A stretch of DNA of 64,000 bases from Octopus sinensis (taxonomy: Eukaryota), in assembly GCF_006345805.1 (NCBI RefSeq), contig NC_042997.1, positions 11,842,001-11,906,000 on the forward strand. The letters run 5' to 3'. Below the pieces are notes generated by a model. That model worked only from the letters and a program-made list of their open reading frames with translations. It had not been told where the DNA came from and ran no database searches. Each line of letters begins with the position of its first letter. Within the stretch, counting starts at the first letter, position 1. Shown here one piece after another: positions 1 through 12,941 of this stretch. The translations under genes were made by a program, and so were the position numbers.

Positions 1-279
1 CGAAAAATATATTCAGTAATAACTCCTGTATACTTTAATATTGCTAGAATTCCGTACAATACCAGCCAGCTCTGCCTTAAACCATATTTAAAGAGAGAAA
101 CAAAGTTCTTCAGATACTCTACACATTCCACCCTTCATTGAACACTGTTGCCAACGGCTTACCGTATGCATACATACGCATATGCACAACAGAAATATAT
201 GATACAATGATAGCAAATCGATGCAAAATATCCTCTCTTAAAAGTAGCGTGTTGGCACTAGTATTTACAATTATATATG

Positions 280-418
280 TGCACACACACATAATCACAC
301 ACAAACGCAATCCACACACACACAGAGGCAAACACGTACACACATACAGGAGCACACACATACGCACACACGCGCGCGCACTCGCACATGTATGCATATA
401 GATATATATGTGTGTGTA

Positions 419-449
<31 letters not shown>

Positions 450-455
450 ACACAT
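280..455. repeat. (CA)n/(TA)n/(TG)n compound microsatellite
   Basis: Dinucleotide runs; the ORFs listed here are repeat translations. Confidence 0.9.
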
Positions 456-889
456 ACTAATTAGTTTCTTGTTCGAGGTGATATTTCAAGCGATAACAAA
501 CATTTTTGTTGTCCAAAAGAAATAATATCTAATAAGAAATCTGAGTAACAACAGGTGGAAACATTATATTACTCTACAATCTATTATGTTGTACTCTGAT
601 AATGTACGAATAAACAAAACCATTAGACATTCTCACTTACTAACACCCACTTTTTCCTTCGAGGACAAAATTGGAACATTTTCTTTAGCAAATACATGGT
701 GATTGCTTATAAGCTTTAAGCTTATAGTATTATTATCATTTAAAGAATTGTCACACGTCACCTCTTCTCCGTTTAACGCAGAAAACGCACGTGTTTGTTT
801 ATTTAAATCAACACTATTAAATTATAGCTCTTAAAATCAAATAGGAGTGAGTGGGTAGTTTTCTGTAATCGGTTAGCTCACTTATCACG

Positions 890-1292
890 AATGTAATACA
901 CAGAATTGGCATATCGTAAAGGAATCGTGTTCCACCATGACAACGGTAGACCACACTCATCTTTACTAACTCGAGAAAAATTATTGGAGCTTGGTTGGGA
1001 AATGATGTTACATCCACCATATAACCCTGACCTTGCACCATCAGATTGCCATTTATTTCTTTGATTGGTAAGACATTCAATAAGGAGGATGACCTGAAAT
1101 CGCACTCGCTTCCGTTTTTGGCTGATAAGGACCGGAAGTTCTTTGAGCGCGGAATCATGAAGTTGTCAGCAAAAGGTCATCGAACAAAATGAAAAATATA
1201 TAACTGATTAAAGTTTATTGTTTGCATGAAAACAAAAATTTGTTTGTATGAAAAAAACACCCAAAATTACTACTTTCTTGTCAACCCAATAT
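890..1292 (+). mobile_element. mariner transposase 3' remnant with right TIR
   Basis: + frame reads ELAYRKGIVFHHDNGRPH...LGWEMMLHPPYNPDLAPSDCHLF (mariner HDNARPH and YSPDLAP-x-D motifs), then GIMKL..QKVIEQNEKYITD*; ends ctttcttgtcaacccaata+TA. Confidence 0.9.
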
Positions 1293-1354
1293 ATATATCT
1301 AAACACTGCTTGGTGCTGATATTGCTGTGTTAGAAATATGTGTGCATATATATA

Positions 1355-1560
1355 TAATTAAGAGAAATAACCTCTATTAAGTAATTTTAATATTAAAAGA
1401 CATTATCCATACCATATATAAAAAAATTTAGATACACTATAATAAATATTATTCAAATAATCACTAAATTAAATAAACATTTGATTAAATTTTTTTCTAT
1501 ATGGCATGGATAATATCTCTCACTATAGAATTACTTAATAGGAGTTATTTCTCTTAATTA
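1355..1560. repeat. fold-back (inverted repeat) mini-element
   Basis: taattaagagaaataacctctattaagtaatt pairs with aattacttaataggagttatttctcttaatta; inner pair cattatccataccatatataaaaaaattta / taaatttttttctatatggcatggataatat. Confidence 0.85.
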
Positions 1561-1761
1561 TGTACATATATATTATATATTGTAAAATTTCATTTAGAAT
1601 TGCTAAATTGGATTTTTCCCTGTAAGTTTGGAATTATATTCCTTACTATTATTTTGATATAATTATTAGTACACACACACACACACGCACGCACACCACA
1701 CACACACACACACACACCACACACACACACACACAACATATATATATATATCTATATATAT

Positions 1762-1940
1762 ATAGATATTTCCTTCCTCCGTCTCCCTCTCTGGATCTTT
1801 CCTTTTCCTATGTTTCTGACGAAGAGCTCTGCTCGAAACGTAAAACCCTCCTTCTGCCCTTCCTTCCTGAGCGTCCAATAATACTATATTTGTTCCGCTT
1901 CTCGCGTTGTTGTGTTTTCTCTTTGTGTTTTCATGTTTGA
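1762..1940 (+). mobile_element. PLE pseudo-LTR-like short repeat carrying a hammerhead
   Basis: Non-coding unit between (TA)n runs that contains the motif at 1812-1846; PLE origin is inferred from the known PLE-hammerhead association. Confidence 0.55.
1812..1846 (+). ncRNA. minimal type I hammerhead ribozyme (probably dimer-dependent)
   Basis: GTTT-CTGACGA-A-GAGC tct GCTC-GAAAC-GTA-AAAC: 4-bp helix I, 4-bp helix II, loop-less palindromic helix III (ACGT), GUA site. Confidence 0.7.
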
Positions 1941-2397
1941 TATATATATATATACATATGTTTAAGCACTGCTTGGCTCTGATATTACTGTAATATATAT
2001 AAAAAAAGTGAGGATGAACAGGCAAAACCTGTGGTATCAATTTAGAGCTTGTAATTTGTAATTTAAACATAATAGTAAAATCGTTAAAATGGAGTTGTTG
2101 GAATATCCCTTATGTATATGATGCCTTTTACTCCATTAATTCCATTGTAACAACCTTACTATTTTGTTTGAATTATAAATTCTATGGTCTAAAGTGAAAT
2201 CACGTTTGATTCTTCATTCATTCTTTGTAATATATATCTACATTCTCTATAAAGGAAACATCTATAGCGATTCATTGCTAAGCAGGCACAACACCAGACT
2301 TGTTTTAGCCGCACTTGAAGTAAGAATTTAAGTGCTAAACCAACGTGAGCACTTATTGTATGCCTATTACATTACGTCATTAGGCGCAATTAATCAA

Positions 2398-2983
2398 TCA
2401 ATGAATCTATCCATCAATATTGTCACGCCTCCTTCCTTCAAACGGGAAGGAAGAGCTATTTTCATCATTCTTGTGGCTATGGTCTGAAAGGATTGGAGAC
2501 AAACACTTTCCTCTCTGGTCAATCTCTCATCAACTTCTTCAAGTATCACTTGAAAAGGAAAGTGAGAGTAGAGAGGCAAGTTTTCTCTCGCGAATGTTTC
2601 AAAAAAAGATGGGTGAATGTAGCAAGGATGGCGCGTATGAATGACGAAGCCACCTTGAGCATAATCCTATGAACCCGGAAAAATTTAAAACAGAGGGTTA
2701 CTTACTTCCAAACAAATGTGTTAACATGTGACATTATTGACCGAGGTTACCGTGGTCTTTTCTGTAGGCTTTTGTTTCCACGGACAAACCTTATCTGCTT
2801 CACCCTTTACACATTACATCATGACATTTCTGTGATAGACGGTCCCTATTGATCGTTTTTTCTCCCTTTTACGATCCCTGTTGATCGAAAACCTACCCCA
2901 CATTTTTTTCTCCCCCAATAGAAAAGCTCTACTTTGAAGTCTATCCCGTCTGTGTGCAGCCCTGTGTGTCTTAATAAAGAAAT
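2398..2983 (+). mobile_element. L1/Tx1-clade LINE 3' fragment (ORF2 C-terminus and 3' UTR)
   Basis: Reads LKGLETNTFLSGQSLINFFKYHLKRKVRVERQ...RWVNVARM; homologous to the CCHC-bearing copy at 36566-37350; ends aataaagaaat followed by (CTAT)n. Confidence 0.7.
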
Positions 2984-3012
2984 CTATCTATCTATCTATC
3001 TATCTATCTATA

Positions 3013-3069
<57 letters not shown>

Positions 3070-3095
3070 ATCTACTTATCTACCTATCAATATCT
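2984..3095. repeat. (CTAT)n microsatellite
   Basis: Tetranucleotide array directly after the LINE end. Confidence 0.95.
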
Positions 3096-3831
3096 ACACA
3101 CACTCGCGCATACACACATACACACCCACACACACATATGTTTATATAAAATATATGCTTATATACAATATCGATGCATACTTTCAAGCTCCAACATTCA
3201 CGTTTACACTGACACATGTGTGTGTGTGTGTGTGTGCGTCCTTGTACATAAATGTCTCAATGGTGGTCATATCCACCTGCCGACTACAATACATAATATT
3301 TCATATTCATATAAATTGGCGTATATTTGTCATTCAAAATAGATATTATGAACCAAATGTACAAATTTAAATCTGAGAATGCCCTAGTCTATGTATTTTA
3401 TCCCATTTCTGTCTATAAAATATATAATATTTATTATGTTGTATGCTCATGTCTGAATGTAAGAATCGAATATAGTCATACAATTTTAATCAATTTGGTA
3501 CGCATATAACATCTGTATATATGTGTATGCTAAGATAAGACATTGACACGAACATGAATGTTTTTCCTAAAGTTTGGCCTCTTTGTGTGTGCGCGCGCGC
3601 GTGTATTTGTATCTTATAACTATATGTTTATATCTATATCAATAACGATATCTTTATGGAAGACTGTCTGTCTTTCTATCCATTTTTCTATTTATATACT
3701 AATGCTTGTTTTTAAGTCAAGTTATATATAAAGCCAATTTAAGTTTGAAGTCGAAGATTACTGAATAATTTTAGAGTAATTAAAGATTTACGTGGAAGAG
3801 ATTGACAGTGACTTCGAAATTTCGACTTGCT

Positions 3832-4156
3832 ATCTTGGGCATGTGTCTTCTACTATAGCATCGGGTCGACCAAAGACTTGGTAGACGGAAACTGAAAGAA
3901 GCCCGTCGTATATATATATAAATATATATATATGTATGTGTGTGCATATGTTTGTGTGTCTGTGTTTGTCTCCCTAACATCGCTTGAAAACCGATGCTGG
4001 TATGTCTACGTCCCCGTAACTTAGCGGTTCGGCAAAAAAGATCGATAGAATAAGTACTAAGCTTCCAAAGAATAAGTCCTGTGGTCAATTTGCTCGACTA
4101 AAGGCGGTGCTCCAGCATGGCCGCAGTCAAATGACTGAAACAAGTAAAAGAGAGTA
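3832..4156 (+). mobile_element. SINE family A (tRNA-like head, internal microsatellite), 5'-truncated
   Basis: cttgggcaagtgtcttct-like core, internal (TA)(TG) run, tail gactgaaacaagtaaaagag; same family as 5563, 26129, 45626, 49203. Confidence 0.85.
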
Positions 4157-4162
4157 TGAAAG

Positions 4163-4275
4163 AGGGTGAAAGGCAAAGTCGAATTCGACGGAATTTGAAC
4201 TCAGAATATTAAGACGGATGAAATACATCTAGGCATATTGCTCGGCGTGTAACGATTTTGCCAGCTCGCTGCCTT
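4163..4275 (-). mobile_element. SINE family M, 5' half
   Basis: Reverse complement of ggcagcgagctggcaaaatcgtta...gagttcaaattcc...gactttgcctttca. Confidence 0.8.
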
Positions 4276-4377
4276 ATATTTATAATACATATCAAATAAC
4301 CTAGCTCACTGATTCGAGTGTAATATACTCTTCACGTTACATATTGTTATAAATATTCATGTAAATATATTCATATA

Positions 4378-4738
4378 CTAGCAGTATCGCCCGGCGTTGC
4401 TCGGATTTGTTTCGACCCTTTAGAATTGGAATTTTTGAAAAGTAAAAGTTTTACAATATGGAGCTTGTTATTCTCTTTCAGTGAACATTTTTCTGGTTGA
4501 AATACACTGAAAAATGGCGACACAGCAATCAAAAAATCGTAAAAAACTAGGGAAATAATTTTTAGTGTTATTATGGTCCGATTTGATTTTTTTCTTCTAC
4601 GGAACGAAGAGCAAGCTTTCTTCTATCATACACTCAATTTTAGTCAACTTGCGCCGTAGGGTCTCGGAGGAGATAGTATTAGTTGAAGGCTACCAAACAT
4701 GTCATACACAGACAACTTCAGCTTTATATATATTGAGA
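4378..4738 (-). mobile_element. non-autonomous Helitron
   Basis: On -: 5' TC start, ends ccgagcaacgccgggcgatactgCTAG, sits between A and T with no TSD; near-identical to 12942-13331. Confidence 0.8.
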
Positions 4739-5562
4739 TGTATTCTTCGGAAATACGTATGTGGTATTCGGAGCAATACAAAGAAGATTATAAATACTTA
4801 TATAATTGTAAGTAATATGTAATAAAATAAGTTATGAAACAAGAATATGAATGTATATATGCAAGCATGCATTCTGGCATATCTATAAAAACAAACGAAC
4901 ACACGAGCATCATGAAAGAAGCAGTCAAATCATCCTCAAATCACACAATATTCTTCTAGGAAAAGACGAACGTATTAGATTACATGGATAAAGGATACCT
5001 CGAAAGGAAAAGACGGTGATGTACGCGGCTGGAATCTGTTTGAACACAACAGCTAGATCGAGGTTGATCCCAGGGCTAAAGTACAAATACAACACCCACA
5101 CACACACACACAACACATATTCACAGTCATAATTTCACTTCACTGCACTTGGTGTAATAAATTCAAAACTTACCTTGGAGCAAGGCTAAAAATAGTTTCG
5201 TAATTAATAACTATGATCAAACTATCGTGTATTGCATAATAATGTTACTTTACTAATTATGAAATCTACGCTATGGGGTGACTCATTTCGGATATTGTCA
5301 CCATACTACTAAAAATCATATTCCTTCTATACTTTAATACGTTTCAAATAATTAATATTTTCTGGGATGTTTCTCTTGTATTTTTTCTTAAACAAAACAT
5401 AGTATTTCCGATTATCGTTAAACTCAATAGTAAAGGTATAATATAATTGGGATTTTTCTAATTTCTACATGAAAATTGCCGTCAAGATTTCATGCAACAT
5501 ATGTACCTCGATAAATTACCCCACCCGTTCTTTTAAGATACTAATGTCAGCTGCTTTACTAT

Positions 5563-5979
5563 ACTCTTACTCTTTTACTCTTTTACTTGTTTCAGTCATT
5601 TGATTGCGGCCATGCTGGAGCACCGCTTTTAGTCGAGCAAATCGACCCCGGGACTTATTCTTTGTAAGCCCAGTACTTATTCTATCGGTCTCTTTTGCTG
5701 AACCGCTAAGTGACGGGGTCGTAAACACACCAGCATCGGTTGTCAAGCAATGCTAGGGGGACAAACACAGACACACAAACACACACACACATATATATAT
5801 ATATACATATATATGACAGGCTTCTTTCAGTTTCCGTCTACCAAATCCACTCACAAGGCATTGGTCGGCCCGGGGCTATAGCAGAAGACACTTGCCCAAG
5901 ATGCCACGCAGTGGGACTGAACCCGGAACCATGTGGTTGGTTAGCAAGCTACTTACCACACAGCCACTCCTGCGCCTAT
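5563..5979 (-). mobile_element. SINE family A, full length
   Basis: Head ataggcgcaggagtggctgtgtggtaag...ccgggttcagtcc (A/B-box-like), (aaaagagt)n tail. Confidence 0.9.
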
Positions 5980-6378
5980 ATTTCATTTATATATAAAAAT
6001 TAGTTAAATAATGTGTATTGTCACCAGTGACGGAGGATGTTTGAGCGCACATATGATCGAATATTCCCTAAGTCGTCGCTGAGAATTAGGGCCTCATGTG
6101 CAATCATAAATCTATATTCATTGCGTCTTCATATTCTGTTCTTTTCCGACTCTATGTATTGTCGAGGCTGACCGCCTTAACCTACACTTCGTCTCAGACA
6201 CTGAGAAGCAGCTATGATTTATGCTCGAAATAGTCTTTTTCTTAGTTTCTCCACGAAAGCTAACGTGCTAACGCCGCTTTCCTAGTTACACCAATGGTGT
6301 AGTTGTGAACAAATTAGCATTCTCTCGTAGAAATATGCTTTACCGAAGCAAAGGGGTCGGGGCTCACTCTTAGTGGTC

Positions 6379-8650
6379 TCACAATATTCCAAATACATTC
6401 ATTTGGTTCTCATTGTGCCTTGTGACAGTTGAGGCGACAACAAAATCATCCCACCTTCTAACACTGAAAGCGTCCTTCAGAGCTTGTTCTATTGTTAACC
6501 TTCTGCTTTTAAGAATTTTTGTTATTGTTCGCCGCCACATTTCCCTTTGTCGGCCACGTCTCCTTTTACCTTGTGGAAACCATTGCAAAGCAATCCTAAC
6601 AATTAAGTTCGGTTTATAGCGACAGACTCGACCCAGCCATTTCCATCTTGCTTCAATAGGTTCTCTTATTCGTTTCACGTAAGCCTTGGTGTGTAGTTCG
6701 CTACTCGAGGTCATATTCAGCAAGTAGACCTTCAAAATTTTTCGTAAGCATTTATTTAGAAACACTCTCAATTTCTTTTCAATACTTTTGGTTGTTTTAC
6801 AACATTCGGATGCATAGAGGAGGATGCTAAATATTTTGCTTTTGTAAAGTTGTATTTTGGTGCTCTGGCTGAGTATTAACGATTTCCATATTGAGTTTAA
6901 CATATCGAATGATTGGTTGGCTTTGCTGATACTTGTATTTATTTCGTGAATTCAGTCGCCATCTATTGTTACTTTGGTGCCTAGGTAGTTAAATTCGCGA
7001 ACATTTGCAATTGATTTGTCGATCAATGTCACATGGTCAGCTTCTATTATATTTTTAAGGCGGCGAGCTGGCAGAATCGTTAGCATATCGGGCGAAATGC
7101 TTAGCGGTATTTCGTCTGTCATTACGTTCTGAGTTCAAATTCCGCCGAGGTCGACTTTGCCTTTTATCCTTTCGGGGTCGATAAAATAAGTACCAGTTAC
7201 ACACTGGGGTCGATATAATCGACTAAAACGCTTTGTTTGTCCCCTCTGTGATTAGCTCCCTGTGAGCCATAAAGAAATATATATTTTTACAAAGAGTGTA
7301 CGTTTTCTTCCTGTTGATTTTGAGACCTGTGGTATTGGCTTTTTGCCTAAGTCTTTCAGATTTATCTTGTAATCCTTGAGGCGTGTATGAAAACAAATAA
7401 ATTTCATCTGCATAATCTAAATCTTCTGAGTTGTGTTCCATTCTACACCTCGTTTATATTCTTCTGTCGTTCTTTGCACCAACCAATTCACTGCCAATGA
7501 AAATAAGATTGGTGATAACATTCGTCCTTGTCTGACCCCGGTTTTGATTTCGGACCGATCTTTCAGTTTCTTGTGTATAACTCGACATTCGATGTATTTG
7601 TACAATAAACGAATCATCTTAATTTGTGTGGGAAGCCATAGTGTCTGAGAATCTTCCAAAGTGTATCTCGCTGAAGATTATCGAAAGCTTTTTTCAAAGT
7701 CAACAAACAGTATACACAAAGAGGAATTCTATTTATGAGATTGTTCGAGTATTTAGCGAATTACAAAATTATTATCGATACATAATTTTCCTTTCGTGAA
7801 TCCAGCTGGCTCTTGGCAAAGTAATTGTGTCAACTGCTGCTGTGATGCGCTGTAATATGATATCGGTGAATATTTTACTGGTGATTGATAATAGAGTGAT
7901 TCCTCTACAATTATTACAGTCTGATACATCACCTTTCTGTGGTAATTTCACAATGAGTAATTTTTCCAGCTGTTCGGGATTGATCCAGATTTTTTGGAAA
8001 ATAATAGGTAATGTTTTCATCTCTGCTTTAAGTATTCCAGTGCAAACCCTAAATATTCCTGATGATTTTCCATTTTTTTAATTTACGGATAAGTTTTATG
8101 ACTTCATTTATCGTGATTTCTCCAGTGTTGATTTCCAAGTCCTTATCCGATTCTTTTATTTAATTAGAGATCATGGACTCTGGCGATTAACGACAGTTTG
8201 GAAGAGGTTCTTCCATCGTTCTAGTTTGGCCTTTTCATCAGTCATTTTGATTCCATTTGAACCTTGTACAGGTAGCTCGCAGTATCTTCCTTGGTCTCCA
8301 CTACGCAGTATTTTCATTATTTTGTACAGTGATATTAAATCTATACGTTTGGCAGCTAATTCAGCTTCTTCAGCCAATTGGTTTGTGTATCTACGTTTGT
8401 CATTCCGTACAAATTTCTTTAATGCGTTCTCCTCATTCATATATTGCATCATATACTTTTCTATCCCAGACACGCACCCGGGATATCTCAAGCACCGCAT
8501 TATGGCACATAATGAACGATCCTACGTTGAATTCATCCATCCTTTTGATAGGCTTTGGTGTTGTCCTGTCGAATGTCTAAAAATGCTTTTCTCCAGAGAA
8601 GTCGGCTTAGGTGTCGACAACGCAAACACACAAGTTGTACATGTATACAT
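6379..8650 (-). mobile_element. RTE-clade LINE, degraded and 5'-truncated
   Basis: Ordered fragments KGDVSDCNNCRGITLLS, KTGVRQGRMLSPILF, DLDYADEI, GLKINRKKT, NYLGTKVT, LLYASECCK, WLGRVCR, PQGKRRRGRQ; frame resumes after removing the SINE at 7058-7279. Confidence 0.92.
7058..7279 (+). mobile_element. SINE family M, full length with 10-bp TSD
   Basis: TSD tatattttta at 7048-7057 and 7280-7289; core aggtcgactttgccttttatcctttcggggtcgataaaataagtaccag (recalled as Meta-type conserved domain, unverified). Confidence 0.9.
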
Positions 8651-8710
8651 GTTATCAGTAGAATAGCAATTGTGAGCGAACTAATATAACTGATGTCGAA
8701 CTGCACGATG

Positions 8711-8762
<52 letters not shown>

Positions 8763-9117
8763 TGAGTGTGTCTGTGTGTGTATTTTGATGTTTGTCATAT
8801 GTATAGCGATTAAAATAATCTGGTGTCAGAGTCCAATATACATATTCCTCAGAATAAACCACTATCTTCTTTCCCAACTAAACTTGCACTTCATTTTAGA
8901 AACTCCGAGAAAGCTATGTGATGCACAAGCACTCAGCTCTGAATGAAATCATATATTATTGCAGAAACCGCTGTAAGCTAATAAAGTTCATTGCCTAATT
9001 TTCTGTTGTCATTATTTAACATACATACATACACACACACGCGCGCACACACACGCGCGCACACACACGCGCGCACACACACGCACACACACACACACAC
9101 CACACACACACACACAC

Positions 9118-9185
<68 letters not shown>

Positions 9186-9186
<1 letters not shown>

Positions 9187-9490
9187 GCGCAATGGCCTAG
9201 TGGTTAGGGCAGCGGTCTCGTGGTCGCAGGATCGCGGTTTCGATTCCCAAACCGGGCGTTGTGAGTGTTTATTGAGCGAAAACACCTAAAAGCTCCACGA
9301 GGCTCCGGCAGGGGGGGGGGTGATCCCTGCTGTACTCTTTCACCACTCTTTCTCCCACTCTTTCTGCTGTTGGCCTGCTCGCTTAGCCAGCGGGGTGGCG
9401 TCATTCGAAGGCTAAAACAATGCGAACGTATTGTGACCAGCGATGTGTAACAACATTTGATGGTTTGGTCGGTCACGTGATCACGTGATA
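9186..9490 (+). mobile_element. tRNA-derived SINE family B
   Basis: A box tggcctagtgg and B box ggtttcgattcc followed by a non-tRNA body. Confidence 0.85.
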
Positions 9491-10159
9491 TACATATACA
9501 CACGTATATATATATACACTGGCCAATATACGTTTAGGACCGATGATGACAGTTCTATTCCTTCATTACTATATTTTTAACAAAACTGTATAAAATTATT
9601 TTACTTTATACAATTTATGTAAAATTCTTACTGCTTTTTACTATTTATGAAGTTTTACACAGCAGTGATTTCGAAGATAAAGTGGCAATGGCTTATGGAA
9701 AAGCTTTGTTGTTCTTTAGGCTTCAATGAGGCGTGGAAGGTTATGGGCCGAGAAGATGTGTCAAATTCATGTTCACAACATTCATTGTACAGAAACATTA
9801 GTTTTCTTTTTGTTGCATTGTACGTTTTACAAAAGAATGTGTGGAAAATAATTATTTGCTAACACATATAAATCATTTGGTTACATAGCATAATTGAAAT
9901 AAATCATTTGCTAACACAGTGTAGCTGATACTAATGTTCAGTTGCTGTAGGTCTTATAAGATTCTATTAAGAAATTTCAAACTAAGCATTTTAGTAAGGT
10001 TATGACTGTTTCTAGCGTAGCTATTTGCATTTATATTATATGTTTGAAGGCAAATGCTTGCCCGTAACTCATTGATGTTATCTATACAGCCAAATGAATA
10101 CATATGCATAAGGACGATGCATTTTCCATAGGTATATCCATGTATAAGAAGTATTAATG

Positions 10160-10204
10160 TATAAACAATATATACATATATATATATGTAAATATATATA
10201 TATG

Positions 10205-10270
<66 letters not shown>

Positions 10271-10310
10271 ATATATACATAATATATATATATAATATAT
10301 ATATATATAC

Positions 10311-10342
<32 letters not shown>

Positions 10343-10424
10343 ATATATATATATATATATAATATATATATATATAATATATATAATATATATAATATAC
10401 ATATATATAATATATATATATATA

Positions 10425-10494
<70 letters not shown>

Positions 10495-10520
10495 TATATA
10501 TATATTATATATATATATAT
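10160..10520. repeat. long interrupted (TA)n microsatellite
   Basis: About 360 bp of TA repeats with ATAAT/TACA interruptions. Confidence 0.95.
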
Positions 10521-11060
10521 ATGGTGAGTGCACTCCAGAAATAAGACGGCGGATAGTACTAGGCAGAGAGGCAATGGTCAGCATGAGCAGGGTCTGGAAG
10601 AGTAGATACATCAGACTCACTACCAAATGCAGATTGTCTTCCCAATAGCAGCATATGGATGCGAGACCTGGACACTAAAGAAAGCTGACCAGAAGAGAAT
10701 TAATGCATTCGAGCTTTGGTGTTGGAGAAGACTTTTACGGATTCCATGGAAAGCGAGGCTCACCAATGGAAAAGTTCTTAAGCAGATCAGGCCGAAAATG
10801 TCGCCAGAAGCTTGGATCACCAAGCATAGATTGGCATATTTTGGTCATATTATGCGGAGAAAATCCCTGGAGAAGTACATCATGCTCGGAATGGTCAGTG
10901 GCAAGAGAGGAAGAGGCCGACCAAGAACCCGCTGGCTTGACACCATCAAGAGTTTTACCGGAATGGACATAGCCAATCTGAAAGAAGTGGCCCAGGATAG
11001 CACTGACTGCAGGACACTGATCCATCGAGTAACAGAGAGTCGACTTCGACTGAGTGGATA
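10521..11060 (+). mobile_element. RTE/BovB-like LINE 3' fragment
   Basis: VFPIAAYGCETWTLKKADQKRINAFELWCWRRLLRIPW...YFGHIMRR..LEK..MLG..SGKRGRGRPRTRWLD...SRLRLS, the BovB-type C-terminus. Confidence 0.9.
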
Positions 11061-11433
11061 TATATATATATATATATATATGCGTAAGTACACACACAAT
11101 ACTCCACATATATATTTATAAATATATACATATACATACATATATATATGTGTGTGCGTGAGAGAGAAAGAAAACGATAGAAAGAGAGAGGAGTGAGTGT
11201 GTTTAGAGGGATATATCTTTCAGGCAGATACCATGATGGATCTCAGATTTAAATAAAAATAAATAAATTTTATGGATGAACAACTCTCCATATTCTATGC
11301 CGTAATAATCATTACTTACACACACACACGCACATACACACACACAGACAGACACACACACACACATATATATATGACGCATTATTAGACTATTTTTTAG
11401 TCACTACTGTAAGCTTTAAACTTCTAAAATACT

Positions 11434-11505
<72 letters not shown>

Positions 11506-11517
11506 CATATATGTGTT

Positions 11518-11548
<31 letters not shown>

Positions 11549-12941
11549 TGTGTATAGATGTACATATATCCTTATGTCCTTGTACATGTATATTCACGTA
11601 TGCATATACTTGTGTGTGAGTCAAAATGAAGAGATATATTCAGTGAGGTTTAGTCATTGTACCAAACTAAAGAAAAGTGTTACTAACTGAAGCCAATTTT
11701 GCAAGATAATTCTGTAATTTTTACTATGCCTCTTATCTAGATATGACAGAAAAGATATGTGTATTTCGCTTTCTTTTAATTCCATACAAGATGTGAATAT
11801 TTTTGTTATAATTTGAAGCTATTAATGTCGTTACTTAAAAAAAGTTCAAGAAATTTTTGTTCAACAGTGATAATGGAAATTCTAAATATTATTTTCACAC
11901 TTAGAATTTTCTAAAACTTTCTTAAATAATATTTGTTAGTTGAAAAATCATTAAAGAGCCTAAAATATTCTTACAACTTTTGAGGATATCTATATCGAAC
12001 ATAATATTATAACTTAATCTTATGTTTCATATTTTATATATCGTACAGTATCGTATCCAGAAAAATGCACCAGATATTCTATAGAATAGACAGATAAATA
12101 AGCAGAATATACGGAGAGAGAAGGAGAGGGAGAGAGAGAAAAAGGGAGAAAGATAGAGAGAGAGAGAGAGAGTAGAAACAAAAAAAGATTAACTGTAGGA
12201 TATACAGAACAGATATATCTCACTTTGAATCCTTGCTATCTTTCAGATACATTGCGTTTTAGGGTAAAGCAACATTTTATATTCTCTCACAAGTCTTTGA
12301 TCTCAGCAACGGTAGCATGTTCTTAAAGACTAATTCCTTAAAGGTTGGCGTACAGCAATGTCAATTTTTAAGACGTGTGCTGGGTGTCACAACAATTTTT
12401 GGCAGCAAACCACGGCTCTTATCTTTCAGTATTTTAACCATAGAAGCTAGAGGAAATACTCTATTGATTTCTACTACTTTTGCTTAATGTAATAATTTCC
12501 GTTATGTGTAAAAGACCAATGAAATATATCATACATCAAATCAATTACTTGAGGGTAAAAAATGAAAATAAAAATTAAAAGGGAAACGTGAAAAAGAGAA
12601 ATATTACCGATTTAGAAGTCTCATCTTAATATTTCTGAAATTTATGCAGCCAGATTTATTTTATTGAGATATATATATATGGCAATCAGAGTCCTTACAC
12701 GCTGTTTCGAATTTCATGTAGACTCCCTTTATCTTACTTATACTATTTAAATACTTGAAGAATACATAGCTATCTCTATATCTCATTTAAATATCTTCGG
12801 AAAAAAGTTTATGGGTATTTGTAATTTGTGGAATGAAAATAAAAATATATGTGTGGCCGAATATCACCGAAGCATTTTCGATTACGAAATGACATAGTTA
12901 CCCTGTGATACAGTTTTATTAGTAGTTTTATTTATCAGTTA

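Noticed and set aside
9954-10626. Long ORFs rich in YI/HT/CV/LS repeats (also 28871, 30332, 38402, 50339, 63315)
   Set aside because: They are translations of microsatellites, which lack stop codons in some frames.
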